From an uncultured delta proteobacterium (GTDB lineage Bacteria > Desulfobacterota > Binatia > UBA9968): 64,000 nucleotides of DNA. Of this stretch, positions 19,873 to 29,201 are shown one piece after another; the first letter of the stretch is position 1; every line of letters begins with the position of its first letter. A program made the position numbers and the translations under genes. The stretch spans positions 96,001 to 160,000 of the forward strand of contig CAVUZH010000020.1 in NCBI GenBank assembly GCA_963745835.1, read 5' to 3'. Under the pieces are notes generated by a model. The model saw nothing but the letters and a program-made list of their open reading frames with translations, searched no databases and was not told the DNA's origin.

Positions 19873-20496
19873 ATGAAACGATACGATTGTCTTCGCGCCA
19901 TCGCGCCGCAATTCGGCGAAGAACTGGTGGTCACCAATATCGGCGCTGTGCGCCACGAATGGCAAGCGCTGAGGCCCCATCCGGGCAACTATCATCTACA
20001 AAACCTCGGACTCACCTCCTCGATGGCACTCGGTCTGGCTTTGGCGCTGCCGCACCGCAAGGTCATCGCCTTCGATGGTGACGGCTCTTTGCTGCTAAAC
20101 CTTGGCGGCCTGGCAACCATAGCAAATCAGCATCCGAAGAATTTGATTCACGTGGTCTTCGACAATGAATGTTACGAGTCTTCCCGTGGCGCGCCGACCG
20201 CAACAGCCGGGCAGGCCGACCTGGCGGCAATTGCGCGCGGGGCGGGCTTTGCCAACGTGATCACCACAAAAACCATCGCCGAATTTGAACAAGGATTCTC
20301 TCGTGCCTTGAAGAGCAACGATCTTTACTTCGTCCTGGCAAAAGTCGAAGCGGGCGCAGGCGACGTCCCGGCGGCGGCTTTGGATTCGCAGGAAAATAAA
20401 TACATTTTCGTGCGCTACATCGAGAAGAGCGAGAACCTAAAAATTCTCACTTCCACACTGTCGCGTGCCAGTGACCCGGTCCCGAAGTCAAAATAA
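19873..20496 (+). CDS. TPP-dependent decarboxylase beta subunit (ComE-like)
   Basis: LGLALALP, GDGSLLLNLG...VFDN TPP motif. Confidence 0.82.
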   Translation: MKRYDCLRAIAPQFGEELVVTNIGAVRHEWQALRPHPGNYHLQNLGLTSSMALGLALALPHRKVIAFDGDGSLLLNLGGLATIANQHPKNLIHVVFDNECYESSRGAPTATAGQADLAAIARGAGFANVITTKTIAEFEQGFSRALKSNDLYFVLAKVEAGAGDVPAAALDSQENKYIFVRYIEKSENLKILTSTLSRASDPVPKSK

Positions 20497-20752
20497 TTTG
20501 CCGATACTGAGCTTTCCGCCGTCGCGAGTTTTCAACCTGCCGGACGACATGACTACACCCGGATCGCTGCGTGCTCAGTACCTTTCCGGGGCACTCGCTT
20601 GGTGTCTTCCGGTGCGCAAAAAACTCGCTTGACTCCCATACCCCCAATCAAATAGCCTTGCGGCGGTTAAAGGCAGGGTAGGAATTTTGAATCCTGAGGC
20701 TGCGCACCTTGAAAAGTTACCGGGGAGAAAGGAAACCGTTGGAGGAAACTCT

Positions 20753-21766
20753 ATGAAATACCATAAGGCATTGAGAGCTCTCGCTTGTTTGACTTGGTTA
20801 GTGGTCTGCGTCGCGCCCGCATGGGGTCAAGCCAACTTCTACGAGGGAAAAACAGTTAATGTTGTGATTGGCGCCAAGAGCGGCAGTCTTGCCATCGCCG
20901 CCCAGATCGTCGCACACCACCTGGGCAAGCATCTTCCCGGCAATCCGGCCGTGATTGTTCAACAGATGCCCGGCGCGGCGCACCTGCTGGCCACCAACAG
21001 CGTCTTCAACAGCGCCAAGCCCGACGGATTGACGATCCTTGCCGCCAATCCCAACGTGGCGATCGCCCAACTGTCGAAAGTGGAACAGGTTCGCTTTGAT
21101 GTGCGAAAGTTTCAATGGCTCGGTTCTTCCGGGGCGGACGGGGTCGCGCTATCGATCCGGTCGGATCTCCCTTACAAGACTTTTGATGAGTTGAAAAAGG
21201 CTGACCGAGAATTAGTTGCCGGCACCACCGGACCCGGATCCAACGCTCACGATTTTCCCCTGCTGCTCAAAGAGTTCGCCGGCCTCAAGCTGAAACTCGT
21301 CTCCGGCTATCCGGCGAACAGCGATGTTTTATTAGCCATTGAACGCAAGGAAGTCGACTCATGGTCGGCGTTGGCGACAACTATCAAACTTGCCGCCGAT
21401 CGCGGCGCTGTGCGGCCGCTGGTGCGCGGCCGGGTAGCGGTTAAGGGTTTTGAGAATCTGCCCGTGGACGAAGATTTGGCTACCAACCCGCTGGGGAAAT
21501 CCTTAATGGCGATCAAATCGATACCCCAGTCCATCGGTCGCGCCTTTGCCGCAGCTCCCGGTACTCCGGCCGATCGGGTGGCGATGTTGCGCAGCGCTTT
21601 GGAGAAGGCAATCAAAGATCCGGAACTTATCGCTGAAGCGCAGAAGGCCAAGATCGACGTCAACTTCATATCGCACGAGCAAGTGATGAAAGATTTCACC
21701 GCGCTACTCAACCAAACGCCTGAAACCTTGAAAGAAATGGGCAAGTATATCAAGGCGGAGAGTTGA
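20753..21766 (+). CDS. TctC/Bug-like substrate-binding protein
   Basis: FYEGKTV, HLPGNPAVIVQQMPGA, AKPDGLTI, VSGYP...AIERKEVD; GGAGG RBS. Confidence 0.85.
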   Translation: MKYHKALRALACLTWLVVCVAPAWGQANFYEGKTVNVVIGAKSGSLAIAAQIVAHHLGKHLPGNPAVIVQQMPGAAHLLATNSVFNSAKPDGLTILAANPNVAIAQLSKVEQVRFDVRKFQWLGSSGADGVALSIRSDLPYKTFDELKKADRELVAGTTGPGSNAHDFPLLLKEFAGLKLKLVSGYPANSDVLLAIERKEVDSWSALATTIKLAADRGAVRPLVRGRVAVKGFENLPVDEDLATNPLGKSLMAIKSIPQSIGRAFAAAPGTPADRVAMLRSALEKAIKDPELIAEAQKAKIDVNFISHEQVMKDFTALLNQTPETLKEMGKYIKAES

Positions 21767-21800
21767 GGATACAGTCGACCTGGCCATTCCGAGCCGATTA

Positions 21801-21824
21801 TTGAACGGCTTGAACTTTTTGAAC
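21801..21824. repeat. TTGAAC 9-bp-period array
   Basis: TTGAAC at 21801, 21810, 21819. Confidence 0.65.
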
Positions 21825-21887
21825 GCAAACTTTCTTATGTGCTCTCAGCGTTCGCGAGTTCAGGCCGTTCAGGCAAGCTATGAGCAC

Positions 21888-22211
21888 TCAATCTTGTTTT
21901 GTGATGAAACGCTGCACCGGCATGTTGCCCAGCTCGAAGCGTGGATCGTAGGGCATGCCTTCGCGGATGCGTTCTAGATAATTGTCGCGGTTGACCCCGA
22001 AAAGCTGATAGCGATACAGATGATTGAGGAGAAAAGTATGAACCCCCATCTGGTAAAGTTTCCCCACCGCGCCTGAAGTCAACGCATCGCGCTCCTCCGA
22101 GGTCAATCGGAACTCGCCCAGCACGGCTTCGGGATGCGCTAACATGCGTTTGCGAAACTCCGGATCGTTGTCGGTCAGATATAAAAGTTTGTTGACTTGA
22201 TAGACGCTCAT
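21888..22211 (-). CDS. Extradiol dioxygenase small subunit (LigA-like)
   Basis: MSVYQVNKLL...FRKRMLAHPEAVL.EF.LT.EER.AL..G....LY..GVH.FLL. Confidence 0.75.
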   Translation of the reverse strand: MSVYQVNKLLYLTDNDPEFRKRMLAHPEAVLGEFRLTSEERDALTSGAVGKLYQMGVHTFLLNHLYRYQLFGVNRDNYLERIREGMPYDPRFELGNMPVQRFITKQD

Positions 22212-22393
22212 CGAAATTCTCTTTCTTAAGTCTGGGACTCTGCTGCTGGCTTCGTCTGACACCGCTGTTCGGGCGCGTAGGTTAACATGACAAGTGTATC
22301 TTTACCCACAGCTCATCCTCCCGCTGCCGCGCGAGAAATCGAGTGCTCGAGAAGTTCGAAGTCATCGGCGGCGAAATTAACAAATCATCAACA

Positions 22394-23197
22394 TCACTCG
22401 AACTTCCACACCGCGTAACCGTTGCCCTCGTCGCCTTCCAAGAATAGCGGCCGGGTCTTGCCGACCGCGCCGCTTACGGTGATCCAGTTCAGCAACTCGC
22501 CGCTGTTGTTGCCGGCGGCGTTAATTCGATCTTCGGTGGCGCGTCGGGCCAATGTCCGGTAACGTCCTTTGACCAACAGCGATGAGATCGTTTCGGCCCA
22601 CTCTGTATCGGTCCAGCCGCGCAGCGGTCCGCCAACGTCCATAGCGAAACAGCCGCTGGCGATGAGCGCGATCCGCTCTTTGCCTTCCCACGCTTCGATA
22701 AACTTCCGCAGCATGCGGCCCAGAGCCAAGCATCGACTCGCCAGCGGCAAGGGCGATGCAAAGCCGTTGGTATAGATCGGCACCACTGGGAGCTCCATTC
22801 CAGGATTGAGAAAGTGCAGCGGCACCACCAACGAGTGATCCAAACGCAGCTCATGGGCGGCGGCAAGATCGAATCTGTTATGGACGCCGTACCTGAACAG
22901 TGCCTTGGCCAGAGGCACGTTGCCACGCACCGTATAACGAGGCATTGGGCACCAAGTCTCCTGCGGGCCTTCGGCTTCCTCGGCCATGCCGACGCAAAAC
23001 GATGGTAGGTTGTTATAGAAAAAGTTCACGAAATGATCGCTGTCAACCTCGATGATCAAATCGGGCTCGGCCTTTTCCACCTGTTCGCGAACCTGCTTCA
23101 TGAGCGCTTCTCCGCGCGTTTTTCCCGGCGCTTGCGCCATCTCGTAGACTAGCCTGGGCGGATGTGGAACTCCCGCTGCTAAAACCAGTTTTGCCAT
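22394..23197 (-). CDS. Extradiol ring-cleavage dioxygenase large subunit (LigB-like, class III)
   Basis: PHPP, SDHFVNFFYNNLPSFCVG, LDHSLVVPL, GELLNW. Confidence 0.85.
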   Translation of the reverse strand: MAKLVLAAGVPHPPRLVYEMAQAPGKTRGEALMKQVREQVEKAEPDLIIEVDSDHFVNFFYNNLPSFCVGMAEEAEGPQETWCPMPRYTVRGNVPLAKALFRYGVHNRFDLAAAHELRLDHSLVVPLHFLNPGMELPVVPIYTNGFASPLPLASRCLALGRMLRKFIEAWEGKERIALIASGCFAMDVGGPLRGWTDTEWAETISSLLVKGRYRTLARRATEDRINAAGNNSGELLNWITVSGAVGKTRPLFLEGDEGNGYAVWKFE

Positions 23198-23367
23198 GGT
23201 GTGCTCCTCGCTAGGTTCGCCTCGCCGATTTCTTCCGAGTCTTAACATTCGTGCCAGATTCGCGTCAATAATTTCGAGATAACTCCGGGTCTGATTTTGG
23301 CTGACACGTATATCGATTGTACCCTGAGCGACTTCGCCTGCTTGAACCGTTCAAACTTAGGTTTTGT

Positions 23368-23396
23368 TTGACGTGTCGTTGGTCATTCACTATAGT
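23368..23396 (+). promoter_or_regulatory. Sigma70 promoter upstream of tctA-like gene
   Basis: TTGACG-17 nt-TATAGT. Confidence 0.6.
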
Positions 23397-23463
23397 CGCG
23401 CCGGTCCGACGCAAGTTAGGGTAGTGAGTGCGCTCTGGTAAGAGAATTGGAGTAGCTGAAACT

Positions 23464-24970
23464 ATGTTCGAGGCTCTCATCGACGGTCTGTCCCTCGTGC
23501 TGCAGTGGAAAGCTTTCAGCTTGATGCTCCTCGGTATGGGCCTGGGATTTTGCGTCGGCCTGCTGCCGGGTATTGGCGGTGCGGCGACTCTGGCTTTGAT
23601 GATTCCGTTCGTGTTTAAAATGAGCCCGGCCGAGGCGTTCGCATTTTTGCTTGGCATGCATTCTGTCGCTGCCACGACCGGCGATATCACCTCGATTCTT
23701 TTCGGCGTGCCCGGTGAAGGACTGTCGGCGGCCACTGTAGTCGATGGTTACCCGATGGCCAAGAACGGCGAGGCCGGCCGCGCGCTGGGCGCCGCGCTGA
23801 TGAGCTCTCTGGTGGGCGCGCTGATCGGCGCCGTTGCTCTGGCCTTAGCCATCCCGGTCGTTCGCCCGCTGGTTCTGACATTTGGTTCTCCGGAGCTGTT
23901 TTTCCTTTCGATGATCGGCATCGCCTGCATCACATCGCTTAGCGGCTTGGGTTTGCGCGGTCAGATTCGCGGTTTCGCAATGGGGCTCTTCGGTCTTTTG
24001 CTTTCCACCATAGGTCAGGAGCGACAGTCGGGTTCGCTCCGTTTTGATATGGGATTGATGTATCTGTGGGAAGGTCTCGATCTGGTGCCGGTCCTAGTCG
24101 GAATTTTTGCGATTCCGGAGCTCGTGGATTTGGCCGTGCGCGGCACTTCTATCGCCGGAGATCGGCCTGCGGAAAACCTGGGCCGTGGGGTCATGGAAGG
24201 CATCAAAGATACCTTCCGCCATTTTTGGCTGGTCGTTCGTTGTTCCGCGGTGGGAGTTTTCGTCGGTGTCATGCCCGGAGCGGGCGGCGGTGTGGCGCAG
24301 TGGATGGCCTACGCTCACGCAGTGCAGAGCGCGAAAGATTCCAAGGATCGGGAACGCTTCGGCAAAGGCGATGTGCGCGGGGTGCTCGGGCCGGGAGCGG
24401 CGAACAACTCGAAGGAAGGCGGCGATCTAGTGCCGACCATCGCCTTCGGCGTGCCGGGAAGCGGAGCTATGGCAATCCTTCTCGGGGCATTTATGATCAT
24501 GGGTCTAGTGCCCGGGCCTGATATGTTGAGCAAGCATTTAGCGGTGACTTACTCGATGGTCTGGACATTAGTCATCGCCAATATTATCACCGTGGCGCTC
24601 TCGCTTGCTGGTTCTCAACCAGCTCGCCAAGGTAACTTACATACGAGGCGGTGTCATCATTCCGTTTGTGTTGTTACTGGTGTTCGTTGGCAGCTACACC
24701 GCCAACGGACAGCTTTCGGATCTGATCGTGACTTTCTGCTTCGGCGTGCTCGGCTATCTGATGGTCATCTGGGGCTGGCCGCGCCCGCCACTGGTGTTGG
24801 GGCTTGTTCTCGGCAAGCTTGTTGAAACTTATCTATTCATTTCCGTAGCGCGCTATGGCTTTGCCTGGCTGACGCATCCGCTTGTGATAGTTTTGATGGC
24901 GCTCATGGTGCTCGTGATCGTTTATCCATTTCTACGCGAGAAGCCTGCGTGGGCCGGCGGCGGCGACTGA
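23464..24970 (+). pseudogene. Tripartite tricarboxylate transporter large permease (TctA-like), frameshift near 24604 (real or assembly error)
   Basis: GLLPGIG, ILFGVPG...ATVVDGYPMAKNGEAGRAL, AANNSKEGG..VPTIAFGVPG; continues in ORF 24605-24970 (GWPRPPLVLGLVLG) after removing one base. Confidence 0.8.
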
Positions 24971-25449
24971 TGAAATCCAAAGGTCATCTTTATTTTGGCA
25001 CTTTCCTTATTGTGATCTCGGGCTACGCCATCTTTGCCGGATCTCAGTGGTCGTTTAAGACTGGTTTCTTCCCCTTAGCCGTAGCCATCCCCCTCCTCGG
25101 CTTAACCCTCCTTCATTTCTATTTGGAACTGTTTGGCGCTCCTGAAAAGCGCAAAGGCCCCACTGTGGAGGCCGAGTTTTCTAATCAAGTCCCGCCCGAA
25201 GTTGCGCGCCGGCGGGTCATCACGATGTTCTCGTGGATGGCCGCGTTTATCCTGGCGGTCTATCTAGTGGGATTCCCGGTAACTGTTCCATTATTCGTTT
25301 TTCTCTTCTTAAAAATCCAAAGCCAGGTGAGCTGGACGAAATCGATCGCCCTGACGGCAATCGCCTGGCTTTTCTTTTACGGTCTGTTTCAAAGACTAGT
25401 GCGAATACAGTTTGAAACCGGCGCACTTCAGAGCTGGCTCGGAATGTGA
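24970..25449 (+). CDS. TctB-like small permease
   Basis: Four hydrophobic segments, FFPL, GLFQRLV; TGATG-coupled to tctA. Confidence 0.78.
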   Translation: MKSKGHLYFGTFLIVISGYAIFAGSQWSFKTGFFPLAVAIPLLGLTLLHFYLELFGAPEKRKGPTVEAEFSNQVPPEVARRRVITMFSWMAAFILAVYLVGFPVTVPLFVFLFLKIQSQVSWTKSIALTAIAWLFFYGLFQRLVRIQFETGALQSWLGM

Positions 25450-25646
25450 TGCATTACTGCGGCGCAAATGCCGGTGACAAGATGAGCCAGATCCATGTTT
25501 GGGCAGGACATTCGGCAACGATCTGGCCCGCCGGCGAGCTTTTGCTAATCTGTGATCAGCGGAATCGTTGATCGATCCGTGCGGGCGAGTTTCAATGAAC
25601 TGACGCGGCAGAGTAGCACACCAGATAATCTTCGGGAGGATCAGGG

Positions 25647-26690
25647 ATGCGATTTGGGACATTTAGTTACAATCAGGCACGGCCATGGGTTTCAGAGAAA
25701 CAAGCCTTTGAAGAACTGCTCGAACAAATTCTCTTGACCGAACGGCTTGGCTTTGACGAGGCATGGTTTGCCGAACACCATCACTCGGACTACGGCCTGA
25801 TTGCGTCACCCAACCTGATGATCGCCTCTTTGGCGCATCGGACCAAACGCCTGCGGCTCGGCAATCTGGTCAATGTCCTGCCGCTGTACGATCCAATGCG
25901 CCTTGCCGAAGAGTGCGGCATGTTGGATATCCTCACCGGCGGAAGGTTGAATGTCGGATTGGGACGCGGCGTCCCGCGCGACGATTTAAAGCATGGGCTC
26001 GACCGTGACACGGCACAGGCGCGCTTCGAAGAAGGGATCGAGATCATGATGCGCTCCTGGACCGAAGAGACTTTCAGTTACAACGGTAAAGCTTGGAATT
26101 ATGTTGATATCGTTTGCCGCCCCCGCCCTCTGCAGCGTCCGCACCCGCCGATCTATTACGGCGCTACTTCGCCCGACAGCCCTGCCATGGTGGCGCGACG
26201 CGGTTGGAACCTAGCGCTCTCGCGCCAACCACTCGCAAACTGCGCCCAGGCGATCCGATCCTATCGGGACGAGCGGGCCAAACACAAAAACTTAGCCGGC
26301 AATGGCGATGCCATCATGGTCCGCGATATCTACGTCGCAGAAACCGACGAACAGGCGTGGAAAGAAGCGGTGCCGCAACTCGTTCGTTTTTGGCAGCTGG
26401 CCACCGATAATGTCTGGCGCGGTGATTCGGTTTCAGCGGACGACTTACCGAAGTTTACCGAACGGTTTGCGTATTTTCCCGGCGGGCTGACGGTCAAGCG
26501 TCTCGATGAATGGGGCACTTCACTGATCGGCAGTCCGGAAACGGTGATAGCCAAGGCCCGGCCGATGATCGAAACGGCAAAGCCCGACAGCTTAGTGGGC
26601 ATGTTCAGTTTCGGCGGCTTAAGCCATGACCAGGTGACACGCTCCATCGAGCTGTTCGCGACCAAGGTGAGACCAGCGTTGGGATTGTAA
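25647..26690 (+). CDS. LLM-class flavin-dependent oxidoreductase
   Basis: GFDEAWFAEHH, LPLYDPMRLAEE..MLD.LTGGRL.VGLGRG, PRPLQRPHPPI. Confidence 0.92.
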   Translation: MRFGTFSYNQARPWVSEKQAFEELLEQILLTERLGFDEAWFAEHHHSDYGLIASPNLMIASLAHRTKRLRLGNLVNVLPLYDPMRLAEECGMLDILTGGRLNVGLGRGVPRDDLKHGLDRDTAQARFEEGIEIMMRSWTEETFSYNGKAWNYVDIVCRPRPLQRPHPPIYYGATSPDSPAMVARRGWNLALSRQPLANCAQAIRSYRDERAKHKNLAGNGDAIMVRDIYVAETDEQAWKEAVPQLVRFWQLATDNVWRGDSVSADDLPKFTERFAYFPGGLTVKRLDEWGTSLIGSPETVIAKARPMIETAKPDSLVGMFSFGGLSHDQVTRSIELFATKVRPALGL

Positions 26691-26712
26691 CGCGAAACCG
26701 CGAGTTGCTGGA

Positions 26713-28452
26713 TCAGGTAAACGCTCGCTCCAACTGGCGCAAAATGCCATCGGGTTCCCGCAAAGCAAACTCTCGGATTTCTTCGGCCCGTGCTTGGGAA
26801 TCGCTGTTGGCGTAGAGCCGGAGCTGTGGCGCGTTCCCGGATGGTCGCACGTGCGCAACATCGCCGTTGCGGAAGTAGATGCGCACGCCATCAAGCACAT
26901 TAATTCGAGCGATGTCATCGAAACCCTGAGCAGGCCTGAAGACACTCTTCAAGCTACTTTTAACTTGCTGCCAATCTCTTGCCATGGACCGGGCAAGCGG
27001 TGCAGCCGTGTTGCCGGCAACACTGCGATCGAAGACGTCTCCCGCGAGATCGAACTCCACTTCAATCAGTCCGCCCGGCGGGATCAGTTTAGCGAGAATC
27101 GCCTGGCTCGCCGTCACGGGAAAATTGTCGAGCAAACCGGCGCAGCCGAACCGAGCCGGCAGCAGGTTCCACAATTCGGCGAGGCTGATGTTTCGCTCGG
27201 CTGCGGCGAATAAATTTGCCAGGATCGGTAGTGTCGAATCGCGCGTCGGCAGCGCGCTTAGTGTGCCCGCGGCTAATCTAATATCGCTGCCGGTTAAAAA
27301 CCCGCCATTGGCTTCCCATCCGACAACTCGTTCCCATCTTCCTGCTACTCGTATCTCGTCAAGGGCGGCAACGACGTAGGGTGAGCCGATCTTTGTCTTA
27401 CGCAGCAGAATACCGCGCTCGTGCATTCTTCGCTCGACCGCATCGTTGGCGCTAACCGGCACCGCTGCCGCATTGGCGCCGAGGTACTCGGCAGTGATGA
27501 TGCCTAGAAGATCGCCGGGCAAAAACCGCACGCGCCGGGCGCCCGGATGAACTTGGGCGGCAGGCAGAACGGCGACCACCAACGGCCGGTCCGAATCACC
27601 GTCAGTGGATAAAATAGCATCAAACGACTGGCCATCGGCTTCGGCGCCCGAGATCATTTTTTCCAGATCATCCAACTGTGCGCCGGTGATATTCTCAGTA
27701 TCTATGGGTATGAACCGATCGCTGCGTCCGGCGGCGATCACGGCGGCGCCCAGGTCAGTGAGAATACGAGCCAAAATGTCACGGCCGACGGCAGAGTGCT
27801 GATAGATGAGAACGCGCAAGCCTCGGAGGCCATTGTTGGTAAAGCTCTCGGTGTAACGCTGAACGTAGGCTTCTTCGGCGCGGTGATCGAGCGGTGGTAA
27901 ATTTGGCGCTTGCTTGAGCATCCCGGCCGCATTGAATGCTGATATGGCCCCGGTCCGGCTATACTCTTCATCCCGGACGCGCTTTACCTCGCGGAGAATG
28001 CCGGGCTCGTCCGCCTTGAGTATTTCACCGATGCTCTTATTGATTTTGATACCGTTACGATCGAAAGGAATATGGCTGCCGCTAACCATCACCCCCGCTC
28101 CGCCGGTTGCCATCGCGCGTGCGATCAAGGCCGGCGTCGGAATCTTGCCGGCATTCTCCACGGAACAACCGCATTCGAGTATCGCCTGCATGCACGCTCT
28201 CATTATCCGTTGGGTGCTCGGCCGCAGATCACCGGCAAGAACGACTTTGCTCGACGCCGCTATGTCGCCGATGCTCAGCAGATATCGCAGCGCGCCTTTG
28301 ACATTGATGTAAGCCTCGAGATCGGTAATGTCCTTGACCAGACCCCGCAAACCACTCGTGCCAAAGGCCAGCGGCACCGGCGTATAATTGAGAAACTTAA
28401 CTGCGGAAGTTTGCTCTACCGACATAAGAAATACATCTCGCTTACCCGGCAT
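26713..28452 (-). CDS. Phosphomannomutase/phosphoglucomutase
   Basis: FGTSGLRG, SGSHIP phosphoserine loop, DGDSDR, GWEANGG, HVRPSGNAPQLR. Confidence 0.9.
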   Translation of the reverse strand: MPGKRDVFLMSVEQTSAVKFLNYTPVPLAFGTSGLRGLVKDITDLEAYINVKGALRYLLSIGDIAASSKVVLAGDLRPSTQRIMRACMQAILECGCSVENAGKIPTPALIARAMATGGAGVMVSGSHIPFDRNGIKINKSIGEILKADEPGILREVKRVRDEEYSRTGAISAFNAAGMLKQAPNLPPLDHRAEEAYVQRYTESFTNNGLRGLRVLIYQHSAVGRDILARILTDLGAAVIAAGRSDRFIPIDTENITGAQLDDLEKMISGAEADGQSFDAILSTDGDSDRPLVVAVLPAAQVHPGARRVRFLPGDLLGIITAEYLGANAAAVPVSANDAVERRMHERGILLRKTKIGSPYVVAALDEIRVAGRWERVVGWEANGGFLTGSDIRLAAGTLSALPTRDSTLPILANLFAAAERNISLAELWNLLPARFGCAGLLDNFPVTASQAILAKLIPPGGLIEVEFDLAGDVFDRSVAGNTAAPLARSMARDWQQVKSSLKSVFRPAQGFDDIARINVLDGVRIYFRNGDVAHVRPSGNAPQLRLYANSDSQARAEEIREFALREPDGILRQLERAFT

Positions 28453-28529
28453 ATCCGTTCAACACGTCGGTTTTTGGAATGATGCGTCAAGTATATAGAT
28501 AAACCTTTTTATAGATAAGGTGAATCGAG

Positions 28530-28567
28530 CGGGACCGGCCATCCAAGTTCTTTGGATGGCCAGTCCC
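28530..28567. terminator. Strong GC hairpin, possible terminator or stabiliser
   Basis: GGGAC-C-GGCCATCCAA / TTGGATGGCC-A-GTCCC; no clear U-tract. Confidence 0.4.
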
Positions 28568-28714
28568 TATCCGCCTACATCAGTGGAAACAGAATATCTT
28601 CAGCGGAACGAAAGATGGATTAAGAGCAGGATTCAGAGTGGAGCGAGACTGGATGCTTTCTTCTTGCCTCGGCTGGATAATGTCATGATCTGCCTGGCTA
28701 AGCCCGAGGGATGG

Positions 28715-28852
28715 TCAAGCGCGTTTCTTTCCAATCAAGGCGAAAAACCGCCGTGTCCGTTCGCCACCGGTGCTGTTTGGCTGTTTGGATTTGGGCGGAT
28801 ACGAGATTGTGAGATAGATGACAACCAGCGCAAGAAGTAAAAATTCGTTCAT
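28715..28852 (-). CDS. Putative 45-aa small membrane protein
   Basis: MNEFLLLALVVIYLTISYPPKSKQPNSTGGERTRRFFALIGKKRA; weak AAAGGT SD; downstream of a sigma54 motif. Confidence 0.4.
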   Translation of the reverse strand: MNEFLLLALVVIYLTISYPPKSKQPNSTGGERTRRFFALIGKKRA

Positions 28853-28914
28853 AAGTCACAACCTTTTTTCGTTCGTCTCGGGATCGTGCAGTTGCATTGA
28901 CAATCGCTTGCCAA

Positions 28915-28930
28915 AGCAACGCATGTGCCA
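28915..28930 (-). promoter_or_regulatory. Sigma54 (-24/-12) promoter
   Basis: Minus strand TGGCAC-ATGCG-TTGCT, exact consensus spacing. Confidence 0.65.
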
Positions 28931-29201
28931 GCGCCTGCAGGAAACACGGCTGCGAATTAGCCGCATGAAATTTAGGATTTATGATTGTGGCGTCCCACCA
29001 GAACGGAACGAAAGGTGCCGTTTGTAGAAAAAGTTTACGACGACTGCACAAAAAGGTTCACGGAAATCCGCACTGTGTCGGTTCATCCCGCGGGAGCGTC
29101 GCTCATATTGTCGGTGGGTTCGAATCAAGAATCAGCAGTATGCTGAAGCTCCCCGACGTATGCGTCGTAACTTCCTGCGAGCTTTGCTACTATCGCGGTC
29201 A

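Noticed and set aside
23241-23256. Sigma54-like TGGCAC-GAATG-TTAAG upstream of the ligB-like gene
   Set aside because: The -12 GC dinucleotide is absent
29060-29200. Possible TPP riboswitch or tRNA fragment upstream of thiD (GGGTTCGAATC at ~29116)
   Set aside because: No CTGAGA or other TPP core motifs; the T-loop-like motif lacks its closing stem and any cloverleaf
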